DNA of 20,000 nucleotides from Monosiga brevicollis MX1 (GCF_000002865.3 NW_001865086.1:147225-167224), one strand, 5' to 3'. Numbered from the stretch's first letter, positions 1 to 11,243 are shown. The notes: generated from the letters alone by a model not told the origin. Program-made: numbers and translations.

Positions 1-903
1 GGACGACAATGGTGTGGGGTCGAGTTGAGGCGCCCAGCACGGCCTCGAGGTCGTGCCAGGCGTGGGGAGTATCGACGGGGTTGATTCGGACGGCAACCTC
101 TGAGCGACCTGAGGCAGCGAAAAAAAAAAAAAAAGGTGAGGGGGTTAGGGTTGGGCTGAGGGGAGGGTTTGTCAGGGTAAGAAGAGGCTCGATGGGGGGG
201 ACCACCAGGAGGCCGAGAGGGAGGCAACAACGGGACAACGACGGGGCACCCGGGGGCCGAGAGGGAGGCAACAACGGGACAACGACGGGGCACCCGGGGG
301 CAACAGCGGGGCAACAACGGGACAACACGGGGCAACAACGGGGCAACAACGGGGCAACACCCGGGGGCAGCAACGGGGCAGCAACGGGGCAGCAACGGGG
401 CAGCAACGGCGCAACCGGGGGCCGAGAGGATGGGAGATGGGCAGCAACTGACCAAAGTTGGTGGATGAGAGGATGTCTGGGATGGCTTGGCGAGCATCGG
501 GTTTGCGGGCTTCGGCAACAGCATCTTCGCAGTCGAGGCAGATGAGGTCGACGTCTAGGGTACTGGCCTTGACGACCTGCGCGACCAGGGCACGGGGACG
601 AGCAAACTGAGCTGTGCGCCGCGACGCGACTCGTTTCGGTGGTCTACGGCGGCGCACTCACCTTGCGATGGTCATGTGCCGGAAGGTACAGCAGGGCTCG
701 CCGCAGCAGCCCAATGGCGCCATCCCCACCCGCCGCGGCATCTATGACGGACAAACCACCGGTGAGCCAGCAGTTTATCCAACCACCAAGTCCAACTGAT
801 CTTTGCCCATGCCGCGTGCCACTTTCTCGACCGACTCACCACCACCAGCGAGCCGGGCGTAGGCCTTGCCCGCCTCAATGGCCGTCTGTGCCACCCGCTG
901 CAT
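1..903 (-). CDS. CLYBL: Citrate lyase beta-subunit-like protein (CLYBL / HpcH-HpaI aldolase family), 5' part; continues beyond the left edge
   Basis: Manual splicing with GT-AG introns and consistent phases: exons 903-840, 741-662, 576-453, 108-1. Translation: MQRVAQTAIEAGKAYARLAGGDAAAGGDGAIGLLRRALLYLPAHDHRK|VVKASTLDVDLICLDCEDAVAEARKPDARQAIPDILSSTNFG|RSEVAVRINPVDTPHAWHDLEAVLGASTRPHTIVV. The RR-x-LY-x-P, D-x-EDAV and VRIN motifs are the CitE/CLYBL signature. The start ATG at 903 is plausible but not proven. Confidence 0.9.
213..430. repeat. Intronic minisatellite: 44-bp tandem duplication (213-256, 257-300) followed by degenerate GCAACAACGGG units
   Basis: ccgagagggaggcaacaacgggacaacgacggggcacccggggg occurs twice in tandem, followed by repeated gcaac(a/g)gg units. 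It lies inside CLYBL intron 109-452. Confidence 0.85.
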
Positions 904-917
904 CCTCCGTTTGACTC

Positions 918-1500
918 CCAACAGCGCCAACAGATCCAGTTGGCAGTGCCAACAGAGCCAACAGGAGAGCCAGCAGTGCTAACAGAGCCAACAGACTTAG
1001 CGGTCAGCAAGAGTCAACAGGAGCGCCAACAGAGAGGAGAACCAGGAGAGGAACGCCAACAGGAGAGCCAGGAGAGGAGAACCAGGAGAGGAGCGCCAAC
1101 AGGAGAGCCAGCAGCAGAGCCCACAGAACCAGCAGTACCAACAGCAGTGCCAACAGCAGCAGAGCCAGCAGTAGAGCCAACAGCAGGAGTACTGATAGCA
1201 GAGCCAACAGGAGAACCAGGAGAGGAGCGCCAACAGCAGCAGGCGTACCAACAACAGGAGAAGTACCAACAGGAGAGCCAACAGGAGAGGGGTACCAACA
1301 GCAGCAGGAGCACCAGCAGCAGCAGGGGTACCAACAGCAGCAGGGGAGTACCAACAGCAGTGCCACCAACAGCAGCAGGAGTACCACCAGGAGCAGGAGC
1401 ACCACCAGCAGCAGTACCAACAGCAGGAACACCAACACCAGCAGCAGCAGCAGGGGTACCAGCAGTAGGAGCAGCAGCAGGGGTACCAACCAAGAGGAGG
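918..1500. repeat. Low-complexity, strand-asymmetric CCAACAG/CAGCAG/GAGCCA minisatellite
   Basis: Recurrent ccaacag, gagccaacag, accaggagag and gtaccaacagcag units. The + strand is nearly T-free, which explains the overlapping ORFs in several frames. Confidence 0.8.
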
Positions 1501-1848
1501 AGGGGGCGGTTACCCAATCTCTGGATTTCCCACTGGTGGCACGACGTTTGATTTTCGCCTTTTTCTCGTATCTCTTTTTGCAACTGGCCCCCAATTTGCA
1601 TTAAGCCCCTCTAAAATGAATAACAGGATGAAGAAGAGAGAGAGAGAGAGATTAAGAGAGAAAAACACGAAAGAAATTTAGAGAGATTCGGCGATCCTGG
1701 TTCGGTTTGAAAGAGAGGAGAACGAGGGCTTGCTGCTGCTGCTGCTGCTGCTGCTGCCTTCTTTGAGACGGTGGCGCCCGAAGCGCTCTCTGCCCCCATG
1801 GGCCGAGCTAGTCTCACAACACCGCTTCGGTCCATAGCCTTTTTGAGA

Positions 1849-2345
1849 AGAAGAGAGAGAGAGAGAGAGAAACAGAGAGAGAGAGAAACAGAGAGAGACA
1901 AACAGAGAACAAACAAAGATAGAGAACAGAGAGAGAGAACACAGAGAGAGAGAAACAGAGAGACAGTCGATTTGAGAGGGAGCCCATTGTCAGATCTTTT
2001 CACTTTTTCATTCGTTCGACGTACGTTCAAGAGAAAGAGAGAGTTGCTTTGCTGTTGTCTCTCTCTCTCTCTTCTCTTTCTCTGCGTCTCTGTCTCTGTC
2101 TCTCTCTGTCTCTCTGTCTCTCTGTCTCTGTCTCTGTCTCTGTCTCTGTCTCTGTCTCTGTCTCTGTCTCTGTCTCTGTCTCTGTCTCTGTCTCTGTCTC
2201 TGTCTCTGTCTCAGTCTCTGTCTCAGTCTCTGTCTCTGTCTCTGTCTCTGTCTCTGTCTCTGTCTCTGTCTCTGTCTCTGTCTCTGTCTCTGTCTCTGTC
2301 TCTCTCGCTGTCTCTGTCTCTCTCGCTGTCTCTCTCTGTCTCTCT
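1849..2345. repeat. GA-rich tract followed by a long (TCTCTG)n hexamer microsatellite
   Basis: GA/GAAACA-type repeats at about 1849-1965 and a near-perfect TCTCTG array at about 2085-2345, just before the assembly gap. Confidence 0.95.
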
Positions 2346-2377
2346 TCGCGCTATTTTCTCTCTGTGGGTCGATCGAT

Positions 2378-2663
2378 NNNNNNNNNNNNNNNNNNNNNNN
2401 NNNNNNNNNNNNNNNNNNNNNNNNNNNNNNNNNNNNNNNNNNNNNNNNNNNNNNNNNNNNNNNNNNNNNNNNNNNNNNNNNNNNNNNNNNNNNNNNNNNN
2501 NNNNNNNNNNNNNNNNNNNNNNNNNNNNNNNNNNNNNNNNNNNNNNNNNNNNNNNNNNNNNNNNNNNNNNNNNNNNNNNNNNNNNNNNNNNNNNNNNNNN
2601 NNNNNNNNNNNNNNNNNNNNNNNNNNNNNNNNNNNNNNNNNNNNNNNNNNNNNNNNNNNNNNN
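2378..2663. other. Assembly gap (286 N)
   Basis: Run of N with microsatellites on both sides. Confidence 1.
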
Positions 2664-3249
2664 TCACACACACACACACACTTGCGCGCGCGCTCTCTCT
2701 GTATCTCTCGCTCGCTCGCTCGCTCTCACTCACACACACGGCTGGATGGTGTATCGGTTCGACATTGACAACGTAGGCAGCATCGTGTGCGCAGCAAGCT
2801 TTCCTCACGGACGGCCGTTGATGTGAGTGGCGCTTTGCCGTTGCCTTTCAACCGATGGCAGCCTTTGACTCGTGTCGTTGAGAGAGGAGAGACTGTCACG
2901 CGACAAGGAATTAGCCCCCTCCCTCGCCGCCGTCGCCCGTTTTTTTTTTCCCACCACAGATTGCCCTCCCTGCCAGTTGCACCGCGCGGCTGGTCCCCCG
3001 TGCCTCGACTCATCTGCCTTGTTGGCAATTGCGTTTTTGCGACAGATCAGCTGCTTGACCATCACCCCCTAGCCCCCTCGCTGCGGCTGGCCACCAGCCG
3101 CCCCCCGTCGTCGAATACCCACATTCAACCGCTCCTGCATCTCGCCTCCTCGTACGCGCCTGCCCCCGCCCCCTCTTCGTGTGCTCGGTTGCATCAAATC
3201 AACATTGACCATTCCTGTGCTTGAAAATGCGGGTTGGAGGCAAATAGGC

Positions 3250-3339
3250 ACCGACTGACCGACCAACCAATTGACCGACCGACCGACCGACCAACCAATT
3301 GACCGATTGACCGACTGACCGACCAACCGATTGACCGAC
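3250..3339. repeat. (GACC/AACC)n tetranucleotide repeat immediately upstream of the TEX261 start codon
   Basis: gaccgaccaaccaattgaccgaccgacc... ends a few nt before the ATG at 3343. Confidence 0.85.
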
Positions 3340-3342
3340 ATT

Positions 3343-4478
3343 ATGCTGTTGGAGGCCCTTTCTTGGCTGGGCTTTATCTTCATTGCCGTCTTTGTCACCC
3401 TGTGCCTCGCGGCGGGTCTCTTGTATCTGGCCGAGGTGGTCGAGGAATACACGGTCGCCACCCGCCGCCTGCTTCATCAAGCCATCTTTGTAAGCATCCC
3501 GCGGCACAATTGGAAAAGCAGCGCTCGTAGCGTCGGACAACCCGCCTCTGATGACGCCGTCCATGTAGGTGGTGGTGGCCTTGCAGTTGTTGTTGGGCTT
3601 TTTCTCGTCCATCCCGCTCTGGCCCATGACCTTGGTGGGCACGGCCGCCCACATTGCCTACTACTCGCTGCTGCACGACTTTCCCTTTTTCAAGTTTACC
3701 AGCCCCGAGTTTATTCTCTCCTCAGGTAGGCTTGGTGGCAGCAGACAGGGAGTTGCCCGGCCGGTGCGGGGGGGGGCTTTTTTTGCATTTTTTTTGGGAG
3801 GGTCTCCAACCTGCCAGGCTTTTTGCCGACGCCCATCACCTGCCTCGTTGACTGACATGGTCTGCGAAATGTCTTCCCTCCCTTTTTTTTTATTAACCGG
3901 TTGTAGTGCTTGTGGTGGCACACCATTGGGTCGTGTTTAACCACTTTTCATCGTTCTACTATCCCTTTGATCAGGCAAGCTCTATTGGCTGCTGCATTGC
4001 GGGACGTGTGCACCAGCCATGTGCTCACGTCTGCTTTTTTTTTTTCCCCCCTGGTCTAATGCGGCAGGTGGTTTCCTACTTTGTGCTGTGCGTGTGGTTG
4101 GTGCCGTTTACGCTGTTTATTTCGCTGTCGGCCAACGAGAACGTCTTGCCCAACTTTCAAGACCTGTCTGGCGCCGGCCAAGGCAATGATGCTGGCACCG
4201 CCGCGACACCCGTCACGGCCACCAGCGGCATGTACGGCAAGCGCCAAAACGGCCTCTTGGGTACGTTTCGACAAGGGCAAGGGAGACGCTCGTTCAGGTT
4301 GAGAGCAGCAACGAGATGAGAAAGCGATCGATCCTGGGTGGCGGCTCGTATCTTCACCATCTGGCGCCTGACTCACGACGTGGCCCATGACGGCCCTCTT
4401 GCAACCCCAGGCCTGCTGACCTGGCTCAAGAGCAAGGCCGACAACGTCCTCCCCCGCTCAGGCAACAAAACCTTTTAA
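3343..4478 (+). CDS. TEX261: TEX261/Svp26 (Erv26) family transmembrane ER-Golgi cargo adaptor, complete, 5 exons
   Basis: Exons 3343-3489, 3569-3725, 3907-3974, 4068-4260, 4411-4478. Translation: MLLEALSWLGFIFIAVFVTLCLAAGLLYLAEVVEEYTVATRRLLHQAIF|VVVALQ...FPFFKFTSPEFILSS|VLVVAHHWVVFNHFSSFYYPFDQ|VVSYFVLCVWLVPFTLFISLSANENVLP...NGLL|GLLTWLKSKADNVLPRSGNKTF*. The AAGLxYLAExVEEY and CVWLVPFxxFISLSANENVLP motifs are diagnostic of the family. Confidence 0.95.
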
Positions 4479-4529
4479 CCCTTTGAATCCATTTACCAAC
4501 TAAAGTCGTCGCTTGTGTGTGGAGAGATG

Positions 4530-5292
4530 TAGAGAGAGAGAAAAAAGAGAGAGAGAAGAGAGAGAGAAAGAGTGAGAGAAGGAAATGAGAAAGAGAGAGA
4601 AGAGAGAGAGAGAGATACAGAGATGGACAGACAAAAGCAGAGACACAGAGAGGGATTTAGAGAGACAGAGAGAGAGACCCATTCGTTAAGAAGAAGACAG
4701 AGATTTAGAGAGAGATTGAGAGAGAGGGATTTAGAGAGAGAGAGATTTAGAGAGAGAGAGATTTAGAGAGAGGGATTTAGAGAGAGAGAGAGATTTAGAG
4801 AGAGAGAGAGAGATTTAGAGAGAGAGAGAGAGAGGGCCGAGCATTTGGTCAGACAGAGTGAGCGAGAGAAAGGGCCGGCTGCTACCGCTACCGCTACCGC
4901 CACGGATACGGATACGGATACGGATACGGATACGGATACGGCTACGGCTACGGCTACGGATACCGCCACGGATACCGCTACTGATACTGCTACTGCTACG
5001 GATACGGCTACGGATACGGATACCGCTACTGCTACTGCTACGGATACGGATACTGCCGGTGCTGCCGGTGCTGTTGCCGGCGCTGTTGGTGGTGGAGCAG
5101 CTAGTGTGCTTGATCAGCTGCGCCTTGCTCGTCTGGATCTCGTCTGGATCTCCGTCTCTCGTCTCTCTCGTCGCTCTCTCGTGTCTCGCTCGTGTCTCGC
5201 TCGTGTCTCGCTCGTCTCTCGCTCTCTCTCGTGTCTCTCGTGTCTCTCGTGTCTCTCGTGTCTCTCTCGCTCTCTCGTCTCTCGCTCTCTCT
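4530..5292. repeat. Compound microsatellite block between TEX261 and the SAC gene
   Basis: GA tracts punctuated by ATTT (about 4530-4835), ACGGAT/ACGGCT/ACT units (about 4880-5055) and CTCTCGTGT units (about 5150-5292). Confidence 0.9.
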
Positions 5293-5436
5293 GTGATATG
5301 AGCTGAGCTGAGAGCAGGCTCCTTGGACACTGGCTTTTGGGGGGGTTGAATCAAATGCCGCAGTGAGCGCCGGTTCGGCAGTACGAGTCGGCGGCATTGG
5401 TGGCACCGGCAACACTGTTGTAGACTGAGCAGATCG

Positions 5437-5804
5437 ATGGCGGGATCAGAGGGTCACGCCCCAGGGCCCCTCAAGGCGTACGGGGGCGCGGGCCAGCTCA
5501 CCGTGCTCGCCACGCCCCATCACTTGCTCCTTGCCAGCGATGCCCTCCCCACCTTGTTGAGGTAATCGTCCTTTCGGTCCCGCCCCCCTCCGCCTTCGCC
5601 CGCCCCTCAACCCGATCCTTTCCCCCTTTCCGCCTCGGCTCGGTGTTTTTGCTTGGTGCAGTTGCACCACGGTCGCCTTGCTTTTGTTCCCAACCTGAGT
5701 CTCAACCCCCCCTCTTCCATTCTTGCGCCTTCATGGCCACAGGATCAACCGCGTGACGCGAGCCTTTAGCACGGTCACAAGACCATCCCTCCAGGCCTTA
5801 CCCC

Positions 5805-5835
<31 letters not shown>

Positions 5836-7408
5836 ACTTTTTTTTTTGTGTGTTTTCCCGACCCCACTTGCCCTGCTGTCCTTGACCGCCTTCTCGCGCT
5901 CACACATCGACCTCCCACTTGCGCCAGATGCCGTCAACCTCGGGGCCGTCTACGGCTTTGTCGGCCTTCTTGACCTCCTGACTGGTTCGTTTGTACCTTG
6001 CCCCACCCCACTCGCGCGCGCTCTCTCTCTCTCTTTCTCGCGCGCGCGCTCTCTCCCACCCTCCTATCCCTTTATCCCTGTTCTCACCCCTGTTCTCACC
6101 CCGTTTCAATCCTTGTCGTCACCTGTGCTTGGCGCCATTTTCTCATTTGTGAGCAGGATGGCACCTCATTGTCATTACCGAGCGCACCGCGGTGGGCACG
6201 CTCCGTGGCGAGCCGGTAAGGATCACCCTCTTACCATGACCCGCCATTGCTCATCCAACTTTGCAAGGCTCGCGCGTTCGCATCATATTCTTGACGCTCG
6301 CCGCTTTTAGGTGTACCGCATCGATGCCATTGCCGCCCTGCCGCTCTCGCCCGAAGCCCGCTCTACACATCTCAAGGCACGCCCATTGCGGTCTCGAGAC
6401 AATCAACACATTCCCGAATCATCAAATCCCTCTCACCACGCCCTGTGCTGCCCCTCGGCCCGCCCTCTACCCACCGCGTCACGCACCATCGCTTCCTACC
6501 CCGCAGTTCCGTTCCAGCGCCCAGCAAGCCGTCACCGCCTCAGAGAAAGCGCCTCCCACTAGCACGCAGGCCGGTCCACGTGATTTGCGCGTTCCTCAAG
6601 CCGAAATCCTGGTCCCTGAACAGTATCACCCAGACCAAGGTCCGCGCCTTTTGCTCCGCGGCAGACCACCCAAACTCTCAGATTGACATTTGCCCCCCAC
6701 CTCCTCTCCTTCTAAATGACAACTTATCATCCGCTTTCAATACCTTGCATCGTGGCCGCAGGCACGGAGAGCTCACTCGACAAATCCCAGCGGAATCATC
6801 GTCTCTACAACAAGCTTTACAAGCGCCACATCAAGGTTGAAAAGCCGCCATCCTGACAACCGTGATGTGGTTTTGCGGTCATGCCGTGCCCAAGCCATCA
6901 TCCTCATCTCGTCCTGCCCCCCATCCGGTAGCTGCTTGAACGCATGTTCTCGCCCGAAGGCGGCTTCTTTTATAGCGGGTCAGGCAACGTGCTCCTCAAG
7001 TGAGATCCTGTTTCCACTTGCCCTCGTGGTTGTTTCCCGACTCTTCCCTGATTCGCGCTCAACCCTCCCGCCCTTTGCTTTCTCCTTTTGAGCACAGCTT
7101 ACAAAAGCAACACGAGTTTCTCGAGGATGAGGCCCGGCCCCCCTTTATGTGGCAATCCCCGGCTGCAGACCGCACCTTTTGGAATCACGTCATGCTGGTC
7201 GACCTCGTGTCCAATACCGATCTCCACCCGTGGGTCCTGCCCATCATGCAGGGGTTCTTCGATCGGGGATCCTGCCGTCTACCCTCTGGAACTACCATGG
7301 CCGCTACCATCGTGTCTCGTCGCTCTCGCCACCGCCTTGGCTGTCGGTACGCCAGTCGTTGACCCAGTGCCCCAGTTATCTGGAAAAACAAAAAAACAAA
7401 AAAAAAAA

Positions 7409-7443
<35 letters not shown>

Positions 7444-10400
7444 AAATACAAAGCAACAACCGAAAATCATCAATCGCAGCAAGTCTTCACTTTGCGCTGT
7501 CCGCACTTGGGTAGCTACAAGAAGCGCGGCCTGGACGCCAACGGCAATGTGGCCAACGGCGTGGAGACAGAGCAGATCCTGGCGTGCAACGACCACGTCC
7601 TGGCCTTTGTGCAATATCGAGGTGAGTGCCGCATGCTGAGAAAACTCGAGGCCTTGCTTCTTGCTGACAACCCGCTTCCTGCATGGGCCGCTTCCTCCCA
7701 CCAGGCTCCATTCCCGTCTTCTGGACGCAAGAACCTCAAAACAAGGAGTATCGACCAGCCGTCAATCTTCACAAGACCCCGGCCGAAACCCAGGTGCGCC
7801 TGCCTTTCTTGAGAGCAGCACTGCGTCTCGTCCTAATCCACCCGAAATCATCCCTGATCGTGGCCTTGCGCTGGTCATTGCTTGCAGACGGCCTTTCTGC
7901 GCCACATGGAGCAGCTCGTGTCGCATTTTGGTCCCCATCAATTCTGGGTGAATCTCATCAATCGTCAGGGCCGCGAAGCCGTACGTCATGCCACTCATAC
8001 AGTTCCTGTGCTCGTGCACCCAATGCACCCAAACCTTGAGGATGATTGGTCACGGCGCTCACAACAACAGCGCTCTCATCTGTGTTAGGTGGTTGGAGAG
8101 GCCTTCAAAAAGGTGTTTGCTGCTGCCGCACCGTCCCACATCACCTACCATCCCTTTGATTTTCACCACCACTGCAAGCGAAGCACCATGCACAAAGTAA
8201 GACTGTCAGCCTACCGTCATCTCCACCCCTGTTCCCTTCCTCTCACCTTTGGGGGCCGTGCCAAACGCAGGTGTGGGAAATTGTCGACGCGGCCCAGGTC
8301 TCGCTGGACAACATGGGTTTCACCAATTTCGTCGTCAACGGTGATGTGCGTCTAACATGAGGCTGGGCCTCACCTCACGACAGTCTCACCAACGTTTCAT
8401 CTGCTTTTCAGGTGTGGCATCCCGTGACACAGCAGACGGGCGTTGTGCGTACCAATTGCATGGATTGCTTGGATCGTACCAACGTCACCCAAAGTGTCTT
8501 TGCTCGAGACACCGCGGCACGCCAGCTCTTGGCAGCCGGCATCCTCAAGGGCAAGGTATGCCCTCGGTCTTGCTGTAGCCACGTTCTCTTGTTCCTTGTG
8601 CGCGGCCCTTCACGTCTTTGCCTGGCCATTCGCCCTTCCATCGCGCTCCTCTTTGCCACACTCCCAGGAGGGCTTTCCACCCGCATTGCTGAGCCTACTG
8701 CAGCGCCTGTGGGCTGCCAATGGCAATCAGATTAGCCGGCAATATGCCGGTACTGATGCCATGAAAAGCGAGGCCACCAAGGCCGGTCGCAACAAACTCC
8801 TTGGTACGCATCTTTCGAGCCTCTTAGTCTGTTGCTATTTTGCAGCCTCGGGTGATGGCACCATGGATCCCGCCCCCGTAACCCGTACCTGTTTTTTTTT
8901 TATTTATTTATTTATTTATATCTAACTTTAATTCCATCCTCTGGGCACCCGTCACCGCCGATGATGCGCAGGTGCGCTCAACGATGGTCGTAAGTCACTG
9001 ACTCGCTATTACCTCAACACTTTCAAGGATGCATACCGACAACAAGTCATCGACCTCTGTCAGCTGTCTCGATCAACGAGCGCTGTCTTCAACGAGAGCC
9101 TGGCGCTGGAGCGCATGCAACACGTTGTGCTACAAGACACGACCACCAACTTTGTGAATCGTGTTCTTCGCAAGGTTTGTCTTGCCTTCGTCCGTGCCCG
9201 GGCTCGGATGTGAGATACCGCAGTGAGCACTGCCAGGTCTTACACGCGCGCGCGCGTGTGCATGCTTTGTAGATTATCGATGAAGGGGAGCACTGCATTG
9301 CAGCATGGCCCACGTTCCGGCGAGATCCGTTAGTTTTTCATAAACGCACATCACTTTTAACCCCGACCCTAGCCCATGCTTCCGCTCGCTTGCCTTGAGA
9401 TGCTCGGCATCCTGTCCTCATTCCTGCTTTCGACTCTACCGGTCTCCTTATTTTAGAGTGGTGGTGGCAGAGACGATTGTGATTGTGACCTCCGAGCATC
9501 TGTACGTGGCCTATGTGAGTTTTGCGGACGAGACCCTGCATGCTCTGGGTACACACAATCTGCATCTATTGCATCGTGGTGAGTCGGGCCCCTTGGCTCC
9601 GGGCGAGATCAAGGCGCTGAGTCTGCATACCAACAGTATTGCCGAAGATGCCAGCAAAAGCCGATCCAAGATCCGCTTTCCAGTGGTTCGGCTCGCCTTT
9701 CGGGTAAGCACCAACTGTGATGTGTGTCTGTGCAAGAGGTGCCAGTGGCTCAAGGTCAAAATAAAATTTGCATTGGCAGCTGTCTCAACTGGTGGCAATC
9801 CATATGTTGACTTGCAATGCCTAGGCTTTGGGTGAAATTGAGGACCGTCTCGAAGCCGGGTTGGTGGCGCTCTGGCTCTCTGAGCTGCGACAAGCAAACC
9901 CGTATCTTGTGGGCGATGCCATGCCGGATGAAGAGACAGAGGAGCTCGAGGCCGAGGCGCTAGCACGCTTTGCCGACACTCGGCCTGCAGCCTCGAGCAT
10001 CATAACGAGGGCGGCAGCTTGGACCACGCAAGCGTTGAATGGCCATCAGGATGAGCTGGCATCGGCGTCGGTGCTGTTGGGAGAGAGCGCTACTCCTGCA
10101 CCAAACTGTGGCTCGTCGAGGGCGGATTCACCTCGTACGGACCGAAGTCGCGTGGCTAGCAGTTCTGATGGGCCAAGCACCAGGAGCGCGGGCCAGGGCA
10201 CGGACGACGGCGAAGAGGACAACGTGGACGAAGATTCAGAGATGGTCAGCTCTGTCCTGGCCGGACTGATTCTCGATTCACACTTGGAAGCATCACCCGC
10301 GAATCCGGACAAGGACCGCCGCTTGCGGTCGAGAACTTTGCCCGCTTCCGTGGCCCATGAAACGCTGGCAGAGTATGAAGCTCGTGCGCTCGGAGTGGGA

Positions 10401-11065
10401 TCCACCGGTGATTTGCACGACATGTCTTCGGTCTTTGGCGATGAACCCAGCGCAGACGAGACTGGCGATCAGAAACCTGGTTCGACCGAGAAGGAAGACC
10501 CTGCACAAAATGATGTGTATGAGGGGCAGGAGAGGACTCGCGAAGAAGGCATAAACGGCAATGGCAGCGAAGCGGATGGTGACGAGGATGACGAGGATGA
10601 CGAGGACATTGATGTGGAGGACGTGCCTGAGCGAAGTTTTTCAGAGGAGGCGCAGCAACCCGCTGGTGTAGTATCGCGGACAAAGCTGAGTGGATCCTCG
10701 GCCGTCGATGTGGAGGCCAACATGGTCATGGCGCCAACCATTGATCTGTCAGCGGGTTTGGGCCGCTTGCCCGACCCTGTTTTGGAATCTCTCCGGGTAT
10801 GTAGGCTGCTTCTGCCGCGGTTGAGGCGGTTGGTGTGTTGGCTGCTGACTGTTTTTTTCTTCTTTGGAATGGGCCATCTCCGTGTTGTGCTTGGGGCTGG
10901 CAGGCGGCAGCACCCCCGTTGCCGGTGGGACGCGTGAGTCAGCTACAGTGGTTGACAATACAGCCCTTGGCATTGGACATGCAGGGACATGCCTTGCCTT
11001 CGATTGATAGCGGTATGTGTGGCCTGGTGGAGCTCGTGTGTCACACGACACTCTTCGTTGCTGTA

Positions 11066-11114
<49 letters not shown>

Positions 11115-11243
11115 TTGTGTTTATTTATTTGTGTGGCAATAGGTATCGTGGATGAGGTTATGCAAGGGTTACAACAAGCACTCAAGGAGGGCCGCCACCG
11201 GTATTCCCTGCACGCTGTGAAGATGGCCAGTGAGTGTACTTAG
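5437..11243 (+). CDS. INPP5F: SAC-domain phosphoinositide phosphatase, SAC2/INPP5F type (SAC domain, hSac2-like domain, acidic disordered tail), about 22 exons
   Basis: Proposed exons: 5437-5561, 5743-5773, 5906-5984, 6157-6215, 6311-6376, 6507-6639, 6762-6835, 6932-6999, 7098-7346, 7515-7621, 7705-7793, 7888-7980, 8089-8196, 8271-8345, 8412-8555, 8668-8803, 8972-9174, 9273-9328, 9457-9703, 9825-10796, 10904-11012, 11143-11243. Motifs: [60 protein letters not shown], catalytic [13 protein letters not shown] (C at 8457-8459), [33 protein letters not shown]. These are followed by hSac2-like [12 protein letters not shown]...[13 protein letters not shown], with no C-terminal TM helices of the SAC1 type. 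The exon 2/3 and exon 5/6 junctions and the last exon are less certain. Confidence 0.9.

Noticed and set aside
1771..2826. Long ORFs (351, 266 and 239 aa) spanning the TCTCTG array and the N gap
   Set aside because: They are open only because of the hexamer repeat and the Ns; the SL/SV/RQ dipeptide translations are artefacts.
4690..4835. Regularly spaced GATTTAGAGAG units suggesting a CRISPR-like or telomeric array
   Set aside because: The spacers are just GA dinucleotides with no unique sequence, and there are no TTAGGG runs; this is an ordinary compound microsatellite in a eukaryote.
4815..5354. TD/TA/RI-repeat ORFs in several frames
   Set aside because: These are microsatellite translations on both strands, with no domain or splice support.
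5878..5905. TCCTTGAC plus terminal AC suggesting a U12-type AT-AC intron
   Set aside because: There is no RTATCCT 5' splice site upstream, so a minor-spliceosome intron is unsupported.
10512..10532. DVYEGQE as a possible FFAT-like VAP-binding motif in the SAC2 tail
   Set aside because: It is a poor match to EFFDAxE and likely to occur by chance in an acidic region.
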